Assembly: GCA_964016885.1 (NCBI GenBank)
Contig: OZ024743.1
Location: 171,430,001-171,494,000, forward strand
DNA: 64,000 nt
From: Eledone cirrhosa
Taxonomy: Eukaryota
Reading direction: 5' to 3'
Under the pieces are notes generated by a model that was not told the DNA's origin, searched no databases, and worked only from the letters and a program-made list of their open reading frames with translations. Positions 47,800 through 62,440 of this stretch are shown in pieces. The stretch's first letter is position 1. Each line of letters starts with the position of its first letter. Both the position numbers and the translations under genes were made by a program.

Positions 47800-47987
47800 G
47801 GCGGTGGATTGGCAGTATCGGTAGAGGGTCGGACGCCATGCTTTGCAGCAAAGAGTTACGACCCTTTATGGTCTGAGTTCAAATCCCGCAGAGGTTAACT
47901 TTGCCTGTCATCCTTACGGGGTCGATAAAATAAAGTACCAGTAATACACTGGGATAATTGCTGGCTTTGTGCCAAAAGTAGAAACAA
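47800..47987 (+). mobile_element. tRNA-derived SINE, most complete copy
   Basis: GGCGGTGGATTGGCAGTATCGG...GAGTTCAAATCC...; interrupts TATTCTTAACT, which recurs on both sides (possible TSD). Confidence 0.88.
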
Positions 47988-47989
47988 TT

Positions 47990-48351
47990 ATTCTTAACTC
48001 TGAAGCCGAGAATAATTCGGTTTCCTAAATAGAATATTAGTCTACGACTTCCTTTATATCATAAACGTGGTTTTATCTTTGCGTGTAATTGTTCTCATCG
48101 TTCCAAATAATGGTTTCTTATATAGGCACAAGGCCAGCAATTTGGCGGGAGGGGTGAACTCAGGTAGAAGTAATAATGGTTTCTTATATAGGCACAAGGC
48201 CAGCAACCAAAGTATCGTCTTCCAGTTTTCCTTCGGTTGCAACGTTTTTCGAAATATTTACTTCTGCTATCACAGATTGATTTTTTTTGTTTGAGAAGAT
48301 CCCGTTAAGGGTGAAAGCAGCGATTCTTTGCTTAAACTTTAATCTGTTATC

Positions 48352-48355
<4 letters not shown>
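47990..48355 (+). mobile_element. Terminal region of a Nematis-like PLE family, containing two inverted SINE-tail pieces (~48105-48206)
   Basis: Aligns with 62955-63418; ends AGATCCCGTTAAGGGTGAAAGCAGCGATTC..(TA)n. Confidence 0.65.
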
Positions 48356-48422
<67 letters not shown>

Positions 48423-48446
48423 GTATGTGTTGGTGTGTGTGTATGA

Positions 48447-48523
48447 GACTAAAACTACTTCATTCGTAAGAAATCACCAGGAAAGTCCTCATGATTTTTT
48501 ATGAATGAAATAGTTTTAATCTT
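48447..48523. repeat. Decayed fold-back of the 56400 HHR family
   Basis: AGACTAAAACTACTTCATTCGTAAGAAATCA / TGATTTTTTATGAATGAAATAGTTTTAATCT. Confidence 0.7.
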
Positions 48524-48861
48524 GAAAAGTTCGTATCTAAAATAATATGAATATGCCTATACTCTACTAACGTATTAAGTATCTTTTCTGACGGCGGTCG
48601 CCTCCAGATTTACATGGGGATCCTACCCACAGACGCACACACACTCAGATACACACACACACACGTATATATATAATAGTTGTTAAAGGGCGCAATGTTA
48701 CATACAAATCGAAGATTATAAGTAAAATGTAAAAGTGAAAAAGTACAGGAATATATTTAAAGATTCCTTTTTTCTTTAATCCGACAGAATATATTTGTTA
48801 CATTGAAAGAATTTAAATTTTATCAAATATAACCGGTTTCGATAGGCTTGTCAATTTGTCA

Positions 48862-48897
<36 letters not shown>

Positions 48898-49536
48898 GAT
48901 TAGTGTTGAATCGCTATGTCGAACAGATAAAAGAAACAGATCGCTCTAATCAAACTACAGAGCTAAAATATTATAGCATAGTATCCTCAACACGTTTCCT
49001 TTGCTACCATTGGTTTCCAATCCCGCATGTGGCTTAGATTGTATGGTTGCACTTCCAGATGCATGATTTTCCTTCAGGAAACTATAAACAAAGATAGCTG
49101 ATGTTATATACTTGAGATATCGTTCAGTACAAGGCGGATAACCCTCTGTCTTAATTAAATTTTCTGTTTTTACCAATTCAGGGGAAATAACTGTTGCTAA
49201 TTTCATGCTTATTCAGCATATATTAAAGTGTATATTCTAGACATAGTATAAGTATCTGTGCGTATGCAATTATACGTATCCTGATGTGTAGATATTTAAG
49301 GTAGGATTGTGATATTATTGCGATATTGCTTATTAATATGGAGTGGCGTTATCAAATATTTCTTTAGAGGAAGATAAATATGAGATCCTACGACTAATGT
49401 TAGACAAGATTTTAAAATATTACTGAGGAATTGCAGAACCCTCAGTTGATTTATCTTAATTTTTCATTCGGCTTATGGTAGGAACTATTCGCATCTGTGA
49501 CTAAATATAAACTAATGTCTAAGAAATTCGCATTAG

Positions 49537-49764
49537 TTAAGTTAGGGAATAACCATTGTTATTATGGGAGACTGCCAGACCATCCTCACGATATAGACCA
49601 ATGGTATGGACATTTCTCCTTGTGAGTATGGAAGATACAACGAAATCACAGAGACATGCGCTGTCATACGACTCAATTGAGACGTCGAAAGGGTCCTCTG
49701 GGCTTGAGGTTTTAACAGTTATGATTTTAGCTTCATCATGGAGGGTGTTATTTTCATTAGCCAA
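49537..49764 (-). pseudogene. Highly decayed PLE RT fragment (Nematis-like)
   Basis: FDVSIESYDSACLCDFV..IGLYREDGLAV resembles the FDVTMGSYDGAE.CELVG..GLYRDDGL motif. Confidence 0.65.
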
Positions 49765-50644
49765 TTGGCCAACAGAGGAGACAGCGACCTTGGCAAATAA
49801 AAAGAATACTTTAGGATTGTGTTTGATTTACTCAATGTCCCAGTCTTCCTCAGCTATTCTTTAGTTATACTAGTCTTCATCCAGCTTTGGAGGTTATGTT
49901 TTTTTTTATTTCAAGTAATGCAATAGAGTCAAATGGATGTGTTGCTGCTGGCAGTATTTTAATTAGTTGATTATTTTATTAATTATTTAAAAAAAAATTT
50001 TCTAATGGGATTTCTGGGCTTAGTTTTGCCTTCAGACCTTGTAATGGTGTCTGCAAATATCTGCCAAGACGTTTTAGTGTTGTTTGATGGGATGTGCTGT
50101 GGATGGTCATCAATCCAATCTTCAATGAATTAAATCTTCCAGTTTTGTGCATTGATGGATAGGCTGATGCCTTGTGAATTAATAAAAAAAAAAGAGGGTA
50201 ATGTAGTGGCTGGCTTTGACTGTTTCGGGAGTCTTGTGGGTCTGCTGGTTAATGGCAGCAATGGAAGTTAGTGTACTGGGGTAATAGTAGAGGTTGGTGA
50301 TGTGTGATGGCTAGAAGCTTTTTTTAACGTATTTGTTCAGATTCGTCATGCATACATAAAAAAGGGTTTTCCTGTTTAGGGAATGACTGGTGCCTTGAGT
50401 TGTTGTGGTTACACTGTTTGATAAGATATGTTTATTGGTATATTTGCGGTTGTTTGCTGTGTTTTGGGGGAAAATCTGCATCTGTTACAGCAGAGGATGT
50501 TTTTACTGTAGGTTTGGTGTTGGCTTCAGTTGCTGTGCTTGTTGTTGTGTTGTTGCTTCTGTGGTTGTTGTTGTTGGTTCTGCTGCTCTGAATGAGTAAT
50601 ATTTGATAAAAAAATGTGTTCAAGTTCAATGAAATGCCTATGAA

Positions 50645-50755
50645 CCGTATATACTCGAGTAATAGTCGATAGCATGTAAAAGTTGACCCCCTTTTTTGGG
50701 ACTAAACAATAAAAATTTTCAATAGACCTCGTATAAAAGTAGACCCTAGTATTTC
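50645..50755 (+). mobile_element. Single end of a Tc1/mariner (Tc2/pogo-like) DNA transposon or MITE
   Basis: CCGTATATACTCGAGTA..AGTCGA terminus with internal subterminal repeat CTCGTATAAAAGTAGACCC; partner end not seen. Confidence 0.5.
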
Positions 50756-50829
50756 ACAGATAACAGATCAATATATGTGGGTCAAGGTATCATCCTGTAC
50801 GTAGAAATAACACTGTTATAGAATCGTCC

Positions 50830-51400
50830 TCAATTTAAGGCTTGCCGCCAGAGCGCAGACTTGTTTCTCTGACATGCCGCTCTCAACGTCATATTCAGAA
50901 GGAGCCTGAACGCAGCTAGCTTTCCATCACAACTGGAGCCAGCAGGCCTAGATCGCGTAGACGGCAATCACCCTCTTCCCATTTGAAGGAGATAGATCCC
51001 TCAACTGGGACGCCACATGTTGCGACACGTTCTCCGCCTCCAATAGAGTCGCTTAAGGCCACAAAACCCGGTACTGCGGCCCGCCATGCAGAGAAAAGGA
51101 AGATAAACAAATACCGCGGATTATCCGACCGCTTCCTCTTCACACCGGACACCGTCGAGACCGTAGGCTTCCTTGGACCCCGTACTGCCGAGCTCCTCCT
51201 TCAAGATCGGGACGTCGGAGGCTCCTCTGAGGAAAGATCTCCGCATGGTGGGGTGGCTGTTGCAGCGGGTGTCACTGGTCATTGTCCGCCGGAATGCTTT
51301 TGTGGACTTGTCCGCGGGGCGCAGCCCATTACCGCCGCGCCCAGGCCCAGAGTCCAATCACCCTCACCCTTCCACCTCCCCATTCTTCTATTAAATTGTA
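50830..51400 (+). mobile_element. CRE-clade non-LTR retrotransposon 3' fragment (RLE domain), frameshifted
   Basis: HAALN..LEPAGL; WDATCCDT; GTAARHAEKRKINKY..F.P..VETVG..G; LLQRVSLVIVRRNA. Confidence 0.75.
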
Positions 51401-54021
51401 TTTACATGATATATTTATTAATATTAAGTTTCATTTAGTACGATTATTTGGTACTCAAGAGTATATTCGGAACAGACCTGGATTAAATCATATGACCACT
51501 ACACAGAATTTTCTTTTTAACCTAGAGCGAAAAGGAGGAATTGACAAAGTTTATCTTTTGTGATTAAAAATGTAAAGTTTTCATCCGCTTATCCATTCCA
51601 ATGCTTTACAATTTAATTTTGAATATTTAAAATTATTTTAAAAAGGTTACATAAAAAAGTAAATTATCACCTATTTTTTTTGTTGGAATAAAGCTTCGAT
51701 TCATTGAAAAAATTATAACCCAGTAATAGTTTTCACGTTTTTAATCACCCACATGATGGCAAAAGAGTCAGTTATCTCAGTTTCCTCTCTACTATCCTTT
51801 TGCAACAAGATACTTGGAAGTGAAGAAGAATGTTATCATTCTCAGAAGATAGAAGTCAAATCTTGAACTGAAAGTCAAAACCAAACTAGGCAGTAAGGAA
51901 CATTCTCGTTATTTTGTTTCTAAATATTACGAACAGTATGAGTGGATGACAGGATGTCCCATTTTGAATAAATTGTTCTGTCTTATGTCTGTTATTTTGT
52001 CAACATAAAAACACATGGACAACTAACAGCTACTGCGATTTGAACAATTTGATTACAGCTTTGACAAGACAAACAATATCAGGACTATCTGAATTCCGTA
52101 ATTTCTCTGAAAACGATTCTGACCATACCTATCATATTTTCGTCCTCTGAGATATCGTTTTCTTCATTAAAGAGAGTAAATGATTATATGAGGTGTTCTC
52201 AAAGGGAAGGGAGATTGAGTAATTTGGTCTTCATTTCCATGAATAAACACCTTTTGAAGAAGTTGAAGGTAAGCATGGTGCTAACATTTTCTGTCAGAGT
52301 GATCGATGAATTTACCAAAAAGGAACGAAGAATTGAACTAATTTCCAAATAGACCAGCGTATTACTAATGGGATGGGGTGGCATCAAGTCCAGTGAAGAG
52401 GGGTATCAAGCCTGAAGCGTGGCCTGTTTGTAGAAGTGTATTTTCTCACGTTAAAATTAGTTAATATCACATTCTCAAACGAGAGGAGTAAATAATTGCA
52501 AGAAGGGGTAGGCAAGGAAGGCTACACTTCCCCACTCTCCACCATGGCAATTTGCCTGCATCATGGACTGCATGCCCTGCTTTCCGAGTCACCCTATATA
52601 TATGAATATATAAATATATATTCGAAAGTGCGCTAGCAGCCGAAGTATACGATAAAGTTATATATGTATAAATACAGAGTGGGTAACGGAAAGTGCACCA
52701 ATGTGTGTATAAATATACATAGTTACTATGTAAGTATGTAAACACCAGAAAATATCTTGAACAACTATTACGATAAATTAAAAAAAAACAACATAATTTT
52801 CTAGTTGAAAAACAAAACGAAACCTGACATACCGTGCTAAGTTGAGGGCATCTCCGATAAGTGCTACACGACTTGAAGATAAGAACACCTGAAATGAAAT
52901 AACACACTGATATATTATTGGTTGAGATGTGTTTATGATAAAATTAATTGATACATTTATACACGCGAAACACGACAGAACATTATATTGACAGAATATC
53001 GTCGGCGGCTTTTGTCCAGTTTCGCGTGTATAAATGTATCAATTAATTTTGAATAGTATCGTGTACCATTTAAGTAAGTATGTATGTATGTATGTATGTA
53101 TGTATGTATGTATGTATGTATGTATGTATGTATGTATGTATGTATGTATGTATGTTCTGGTTTTATAATTTCACAAATGTTTACCAACAGAGATAGAGTC
53201 GGTTTCTAATATAGACACAAGACTCTCTCATTGGAATTTACACAACATCAACTAGGTAGATATGTATGCATGTCTGCATGCATGCGCGTGAAGGTATGGA
53301 TGTTATTGTATATGTGGATGTGGATGTTTTTAGTTGTATGTGTGCATGTGCATATGCTTTGTATCTATACAAGTGTATATGCAGTTATTAGATGCAGAAT
53401 GTTTGGAATGTTTTACATATTTTTACTGTTCCATTAATGGATTGTACTTGTAGTTGTGTTCTTTCTCTTTCTGTGAAGACCAGCTTATCAAGATTTGTAT
53501 TGAGGCAGTTATGTATGTATGTATGTATGTATGTATGTATGTATGTATGTATGTATGTATGTATGTATGTAGGTATGTATGTATGTATGCATGTATGTAT
53601 GCATGTATGTATGCATGTATGTATGCATGTATGTATCTATGTATGTGTGTTTGTTTTCTTTTTGTGAAGCGAGCGAGTCCTAGTCTTCATTAAGACATCT
53701 CTCTATGAGAAGGTCACTCTGTTATAAAACCTGCGACTGCATTTACATCCATTGATGTCGACCAGAAAATGGGATTGGCTCTGTGCAAAACCTGTCCTCA
53801 CTTAAAAAAGCTTCAAGCATAGGCATCGCTTGATATCTGACATTTTCGCATGGTATTGCTGGCCATAGGCCTGTCCCTAGCAGGATTAAAAAGCCACGTC
53901 CATTATACTTATGCTTAAGTATCAAGCGATGGCATTACTCGAAATAGAATAGGAGTCATCATGTATGTATGTATGTATGTATGTATGTATGTATGTATGT
54001 ATGTATGTATGTATGTATGTA

Positions 54022-54530
54022 TGGGCCAGATAACATGTAACCCAGTACAACCTGTCACATGGGCAGATCGTCAGCGACTAAAGCGGCAACTCCACCAAGC
54101 TTGCTTGGAGAGGAGGGTGATATTTGAACACCCAGCGGGATGAAGGACCCGGCAAAGGGCGAAGGAACTCAGCAGAGTCAACGGGCATCCAAATAGTACT
54201 TTTCTTTTTTTCACCTGGAAGTGAAAGGCCCCATTTGTTGTCACAACACCTTTCTAGGAGAGGAAAACGCTGAAAAAAAAAACCTGCGGCTTCGGAAGCA
54301 TCCGATGATGTTGACCAGTTCTCCTTTTCAGGTAGTGTTTTCGATGCTCAGAGAGTGGGATTGGTCGAGTGCAAGGCCTTTCCCCATTTAAAATACATTT
54401 CAAAGTACAGGCATTGCTTGTCCAGGATCTGTTACAGGTTCGTGTGTCTGGCGGTAGCCTAAAAGTGCACCATTTTTCTGTAATCTGACAAGCGATTACA
54501 ATACTCTTAGCAGAATTTGCAGCCATCATA
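54022..54530 (+). mobile_element. Non-autonomous RTE-derived element flanked by (TATG)n; a shorter relative lies at ~53670-53960
   Basis: TAACATGTA.CCCAGTACAACCTGTC...GCGACTAAA..GGCAAC, CTAGGAGA.GGAAAAC, GAGAGTGGGA.TGG and GCAGCCA.CATA shared with 46851-47452. Confidence 0.65.
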
Positions 54531-54589
54531 TGTGTATGGGTAGCGCTTTTGTTCTGTGAATGAACATAAATAATATAATATAATACAAT

Positions 54590-54627
<38 letters not shown>

Positions 54628-54716
54628 GAGGTTATATTTAATTTGTTGGGATACAACAAGTCAAATATTGTTATACCTGATATAAAGCACTCAACAAATT
54701 ATTGGAGTAAATATAC

Positions 54717-55412
<696 letters not shown>

Positions 55413-55495
55413 GTATACTCCAGTCCTACAAACTGTAGAGTGCTTCTTATCCGATATCTGCATTGCTTTATTGTACTACAATAAAACTCACCTCC

Positions 55496-55570
<75 letters not shown>

Positions 55571-55577
<7 letters not shown>

Positions 55578-55699
55578 TAACAGATTAAAGTTAAGTTTAA
55601 GCCAAGAATCGCTGATTTCACCCTTAACGGGATCTTCTGAAACCACTTAAGGGTGAAAGCACCGATTCTTTGCTTACACTTTAATCTGTTATTTTCATA
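55571..55699. repeat. Fold-back of the terminal ~55 bp of the Nematis-like PLE family
   Basis: Arms match 48297-48355 and 63358-63418. Confidence 0.8.
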
Positions 55700-55787
55700 A
55701 ATATTTGCTCTACGGTTCTTATTTATTTGATATATATTTATCCTTATCAAGCCCTCTTTGGATTTTAGTCTTCAAATTTATTATTAT

Positions 55788-55868
<81 letters not shown>

Positions 55869-56399
55869 ATTACATTCAAAGTAAAGGGTGGCATGAATGA
55901 TACAAAATCAAACATATATCTTGTTTATCAAAAGTTTGATTGTAATATAATAGTAATAATATTTCTGCTCCCTATTTGGTGAGCTGTTTAATATGTCGAG
56001 GCGTTGGACTGCTATTTTTAGAGGACGAGAACCCTTTCATGTCATTGTGTGTGCTAGATTCATATATTGATACCATGCGCGTTTAGTCACTTTCAACCCT
56101 GTATTGGAGAGATTAGATGATTTTGGAATTCCCTCACTGATGATCCGTTTCAAAATATCTAATTTCGTCGTTATTTGGTGAAATGTATTCTGATTTTATG
56201 GAGAATACATATGAAGGAAACAAATTTTAATAAGATACTCAACGAATTATGTAATCTTACATTTAGTGCAGACTGTCTCTAGTTTTAAAGCTTTGATATA
56301 TCTTAAATATAGATAAGTTATTCCGGGTGGAATGGAGGTAACCACAGTAAGTAAGGTACTCAATACATAGCAGAGTATAACAGTTTTAATATAGAAGAG

Positions 56400-56446
56400 C
56401 TTCTACAGGACTAAAACTGTTTCATTCGTGAGAAATCATCAGGAAG
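56400..56446 (-). ncRNA. Type I hammerhead ribozyme
   Basis: Minus strand CTTC-CTGATGA-T TTC TCAC GAA T-GAAA-CAG TTTTAGTC CTG-TA^GAAG. Confidence 0.82.
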
Positions 56447-56598
56447 TTGGCTGTCCAAGTAAGTGGTAGTATTTATATCTTTTTTTCTGGTGGTAGGAGA
56501 GGGTGGGGATTGGGATTGGTGGAGGTCATTGGTTGAAGAATTTAAAGAAAAGGGTTTCATTAAAAGCTAATTCGAATATTAACAAAGGCAGAAAAAAT

Positions 56599-56782
56599 AT
56601 TTGTTTCTACTTTAGGCACAAGGCCAACAATTACCCAGTGCATTGCTGGTACTTTATTTTATCGACCCCGTAAGGATGAAAGGCAAAGTCAACCTCGGCG
56701 GGATTTGAACTCAGATCGTAAAGGGACGTAACTATGCTTGAAAGCATGGCGTCCGACCCTCTACCGATACTGCCAATCCACC
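56599..56782 (-). mobile_element. tRNA-derived SINE, reverse orientation
   Basis: Reverse complement of the 47800 family; flanked by AAAGGCAGAAAAAATA on both sides (TSD-like). Confidence 0.88.
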
Positions 56783-58135
56783 AAAGGCAGAAAAAATACT
56801 GTAAACAAATTCCAATTTGAAATACCAATCCTTGTTTATCACTTAGACTAACAATGCCTGTATGACAGGTGTCTACAGGATGGGTGGGATTCAATGGTTT
56901 AAAGAAAAGGGAAATTCTTTAGAAGCTAATTCTTTAAGGCTGGAATAAGGGTGACAAAGGCAGAAAGAGTTCCATCAACAGATTCAAGTGTTGGGGTGAT
57001 TCCCCTTATTAGTGAAGTTTCTCTTAATATATATATTCCAGGTGTCGACAAGCACATTCACACACGCGCCCACTTACACATGTACACACACTTACACGCG
57101 CGCACACATATGCAGGCACACACACAACAAACATACATAATGGTACATACACACATACATATATACAAATATATACATACATATATATGTGTACAAACAT
57201 ACGCATACACACACACACGCTCTCATGTATACACACACACACATATTAATGCATACACCTATACATACATATATACACACGTACACACATATATACATAT
57301 ATATATATAAAGTTATGAAACGAAAGGAGCTGTGTGGTTTCTAAAAACAAGGTTTAGGATGGTGGTTAGGACGGAACAGGAGGAGGAAGGAAGAAAGGAG
57401 TTTCCATCGTCAGCTGTAAATGTTTCCCGAACCGATGTTTCGGCGCTGAATTACAGGTTTATTTCGGGTGCGCCCGAGGCCTTTTATTAATCAAAAGGCC
57501 AGGTGGAAAAAGAGAGAGAAAGACAGAAAAAAGGGGAGAAAAAAGGAGAGAGAAAAGGAAAGAGAGGGAAAGGAGGAAGAACAGGGGGGAACAGATGAGG
57601 AGAGAGGAAGAAAGGGGGAAGGGAAAAGGGGAAAAATAGGAGAGGAATAGGAGAAAAAAAAGTGTACAGGTCCCATCGTGGGAAGACAGAGGTGAAAGAA
57701 ACATGCAAAAAAGTAACCGTGGAAAAATAGGGAAAGTAAGTAAGTTGTGGCCAACCTGGGAGACTTTAGCCTGGTGGTCATCTACGACTCAGAGCTGGTA
57801 TATATAGGACACGTTTCGCACCTTTCCGACAGACAACACCCCTCCCCGGAAAAAACCCCAGTTGATGGATCTGAATCCGAAATATATAGTGACAATTAAA
57901 TCTCTCCCAAGGTAACTCTATCTCGTGTTATTATTTTTATTTTTATCCTTTATGTTCTTTCCTACATTCTTCTACACGCTACAGTCTTCTACACGCCACA
58001 CATCTCAACGTACACCCACTTACATCTCCCTCTCCACCACCGGATCTTGTTACCCGGAGATTTACCCATCTGCATTGTCGAGGCTTCCAAACGACTTAAA
58101 GAAATTTACCACAATGCTTCAAGCAAACTTCAATA

Positions 58136-58169
<34 letters not shown>

Positions 58170-58225
58170 GCGTGAAACTAAAAACGATATCATTTGAACA
58201 AATGATATGGTTTTTGATTTCACGC

Positions 58226-58768
<543 letters not shown>

Positions 58769-58859
58769 TTAATAACTCTGAAAATTTATTTACTATAGAG
58801 TGCTTCCAATCTACTGTAAAACTCATACTTTGATGTACTCATTGAATCTTGTTTAACTC

Positions 58860-58952
<93 letters not shown>

Positions 58953-58963
58953 CAAATGTATGT

Positions 58964-59116
58964 CCCCGACGGCAGAGCTCAAGCCGTTTCGATGGCTATT
59001 TCTGGACTAAGTCCAGAAATAGCCGTCGAAACGGCTTGAGCTCTGTGGGTCCTACCCTAAGTATTGAGTACTCTGGTGCGTTATGGTCCATCTGGTTGCT
59101 TACCACAACTCCATCG

Positions 59117-59120
<4 letters not shown>
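58964..59120. mobile_element. Short fold-back member of the 36105-36803 family, bounded by (TA)n
   Basis: Palindrome centred on GGACTAAGTCC, then sequence reverse-complementary to 36105-36177. Confidence 0.8.
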
Positions 59121-59156
<36 letters not shown>

Positions 59157-59340
59157 GTGAAGGCGTGTGGCTGAGTGGTTAGAGAATTGTATTCGCAATC
59201 GTAAGGTTGTGAGTTCGATTCCTGGACCAGGCGATGCGTTATGTCCTTGAGCAAGACACTTTATTTCACGTTGCTCCTTCTACCTGGAGTTGCGACCGAT
59301 AGATAGTATTAGCAATTGGAAAGACCAACGGAAACATTGT
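59157..59340 (+). mobile_element. tRNA-derived CORE-type SINE
   Basis: A box TGGCTGAGTGG, B box GAGTTCGATTCC, CORE-like GTCCTTGAGCAAGACACTTTA. 3' end uncertain. Confidence 0.8.
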
Positions 59341-59397
59341 TCCCTCGGCCCGATTTGACAAAAAAGTCGATCGTTCCTTATATACACATATATATAT

Positions 59398-61508
59398 CAG
59401 ACATGCGTTATCCCGTCCAGGTCCATCCATGACAACCTCCACCTCATGCGATACATCATAGAGAGGGTTGGGAACGAACCCGGCTTTGGTGGGGCTCTGA
59501 TCAACTTGGATCAATCTAAGGTGTTCGATAGGGTCGACCATGGTTACCTGGATGCGGTGCTAGCGGCGGCAGGCTTCGGACCCGTTTTCAGGGGCTGGAT
59601 CACTGCTATGCACAGCAGCCGCATCTGCTCTAGGGTCAAGGTGAACGGCTACCTCTCGGAGCCGTTCAAAATCGCGCGGTCCATCCGACAAGGGTGCCCT
59701 CTCTCCTCCCTTCTGTATGTGTTGACTCTCGAGCCACTACTGCGGAAGTTGGAGTTGTTGCAGGGCATCCCTTTGGAACCGGGATTGCGGAAAGCGGTGT
59801 CGGCCTACGCCGATGACGTGACAGTAATGGTGTCGACGGCCTCCGAAATCGAGGCGGTCGGCACCTTACTGGAGGAGTACGAAAAGTTCACAGGGGCTAA
59901 ACTGAACCGGGACAAGTCGATCGGTTTGCAACTCGGCACGTGGAGGGGCAGACCGATGCCCTCCGATGGCGTCGTCGGACGCTGGACGGAGGGCCCGGCG
60001 AAGTTGCTCGGGGTCTGGTTCGGACCGGACCTCCAGGTGGAGAAAAACTGGGCGGAGGTTACGAACAGGGTGTTTGCACTGACCCAGAAGTGGGCCAGTT
60101 GCAAACTATCCCTGAAAGGTCGGGCGGAGGTGGCGAACACCTACATAGCGTCCGTCATCTACTACCGCCTGACCGTAGTGCCCTGCCCAAGGGAAACCCT
60201 CACCAAGATGGAGCGCGCGCTCTTCCAATTCCTTTGGAAGAGGCGGGCTCCTATGGTGAGGAGATCCATCTGCTGTCAACACCCTTCTAAAGGAGGGCTG
60301 GGGATGCCGTGGCTAATGATGCGTAAACACGCATTAAGGCTACGGCACCTCTACGTATTCCTCACCGGACAACCGGTGTGGGCCTCGTTTGTGAGACGAA
60401 CCTTTCCCAGACTCGTCTCACTCACCGAGCTGCAATCCTGGGTCAAGCAAAGACCGAGAAAACTGGGCGCCTGGCACACTGAGTGTGCCCAGGCGCTCAC
60501 CGCCCTCTGGCAGGCGGATCCGGTTATCAGTGGAGACTCCACATGCAATATTCTATAGAGGGCTGGTACGCAGCATGTGCGACGACGCCCTCGGAGAAGC
60601 CCTAGACATGGAGGAGGACGAACTGGCCAGCCTGTTCGGTAGGACATTCAGCCCGGGACCTATGGACAACTTCCAGAAGTCCCTGGCCTGGCAGTGCTAC
60701 CGAGGAGCTTTACCCGTTCGAGAAAGGCTCTACAGACACGGGCGCCCGGGTAGGGACCCCGCCAAAAAGATCTGTCCCAGATGCGTGTGCGACGAGGAAA
60801 CCGTTGCACACGCATTGGTACACTGCTCGGGCGTAGCCGATCTGTGGGGCTATGTCGAACAACTGCTGTCAAGGGTGGGACCGATCCGGTTGACCACCGA
60901 GTCTATTGTAATGATCAAGCCGCCTCCCCCCTTCAAAGATGAAGCAGAGGCGGTGTTTCTGTGCGTAATAGCCATGGCGAAAGAGGTTGTATGGTGGACG
61001 CATCTGAAAGGACTGAGGTCAGGCACCTTTCTCTCTGGCCAACAACTGGTCCGTTTCTTCCGATATCATTTCGGAAGAAGGATCAGGATGGAGAGAGAGG
61101 TGCTGCACCCCAGTCGTTTTTATGAAAGGTGGGTGAAAGTGGCGAGAATGGCCCGTGTGAATGGGCCTTCTCTTTACATGAGCCTGTAGGTGGAAAAGAG
61201 GAAGGAACGAGGGAGCACCCCCTCTCTGTGCTCCTGAGGAAAAGGGTTGCACACTTTTTTCGGGGGTGTGTGCGACCCCCCAAGGCGCCTCCTCTCTATT
61301 GAGGATTTAGTTATAAATTTTATTTTTTGTTATATTTTATAACAAAATCCTCTATTGAGGATTTTGTTATAATTCTATTTTTTGTTATATTTTATTTTAT
61401 TTTTATATATTGTTATTGCCTCTTCCCTATTGAGGACGCCTTGTTTTGTAAACTCCCCCCATTGTACTTGTCCCACTTTTGATGCCCTTGTGGCAAATAA
61501 AAGAAACA
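59398..61508 (+). mobile_element. 5'-truncated Tx1/L1-clade LINE of a divergent family
   Basis: ORFs 59446..60558 and 60485..61189 (one frameshift) homologous to ORF2 of copy D; distinct 3' UTR ending CCCTTGTGGCAAATAAAAGAAAC(AT)n. Confidence 0.92.
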
Positions 61509-61615
61509 TATATATATATATAGTAATAATAATAAATTTGAAGACTAAAATCCAAAGAGGGCTCGATATGGGTAAATATATATCAAATATATAAGAACCG
61601 TAGAGCAACGTTCCT

Positions 61616-62440
61616 TTGAGGCTTTCCCGTCTATCTACTAACGAGCATATTTTCAACGACCATTCCACATATTACAATGAAGCTCTTGCTCGGAGTGCAT
61701 TTGTCGATAAGGTAGCATATACAGAGTACGAGAATAGACCTAGAAGAAATAGATCCCGACGCATTATATGGTTTAACCCACCATATAATATGGAGGTGGC
61801 CACACCATTAGCTAAGATCTTTCTATCCCTTATTACGAAGCATTTTCCCTCTACACATAAATATAGTAACATTTTTATTAGAAATACTATTAAAATTTCT
61901 TACTCTACGACTCCTAACCTTGCACATAACATCCCAGCTTCAAATTTAGCTAAACTACCTAGCCGTAGGAACACGTGCAACCCTGTAGTTAGTACTAACT
62001 GTAATTGTAGGAATCGGGTTGATTGCCCCCTATCCGGAAAATGCCTCTCTAGTAACATTGTCTACAAATGTAAGGTTGTCACACCCACGTCCCGTAGGGC
62101 CTACATAGGGTTAACCGCCAATAGATTCAAGCAGCGTCTTTACATGCATACCCATTCTTTTCGTTACCCTCTAAGAAGGAATATGACGTCACTTTCAGAT
62201 TATATCTGGAGTCTAAAAGGCAACCACACCCAATATAGGTTACACTGGGAGATCCTAGTTAGGGCCAGATCGTATAACGGAAATAAAAGACCATGTGACC
62301 TCTGCGCTGCTGAGGCCCTGGAAATACTCTACGCCACAGACCACATCTTAAACAAAAAATCTGAGGCAATTTTGGCTTGTAAACATAAATTGCACAAAAC
62401 TTTCCTGTATTACAGCCCCACATTATACACTAACGGATAG
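61616..62440 (+). pseudogene. PLE C-terminal region (thumb, linker, GIY-YIG), Nematis-like, 5'-truncated; pseudo-LTR continues to ~63418
   Basis: RLSRLS, IIWFNPPY, KISYS, CNCR..CPLSGKCL, IVYKC, YIGLT..FK.R...H, LS.YIW.LK, C.LC..E, LNK..E..C.H. Confidence 0.88.

Larger units (their letters stand above)
56385..57310 (-). mobile_element. PLE 3' remnant with HHR, interrupted by a SINE; inverted counterpart at 63420-63951
   Basis: 56447-56575 and 56897-57310 are reverse-complementary to 63420-63951. Confidence 0.75.

Noticed and set aside
51400-53000. Host gene exons in the non-repetitive-looking stretch
   Set aside because: Only short ORFs without motifs; small exons cannot be excluded without transcript data.
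55595-55645. Hammerhead in CAGAAGATCCCGTTAAGGGTGAAA (also ~48293 and ~63357)
   Set aside because: Core is CAGAAGA or TTGAGAAGA and no stem I pairing was found.
56134-56193. Possible HHR TCA-CTGATGA...GAAA-TGTATTC-TGA, and a similar trace near 57862
   Set aside because: Stems II and III are too weak or out of register; at most decayed remnants.
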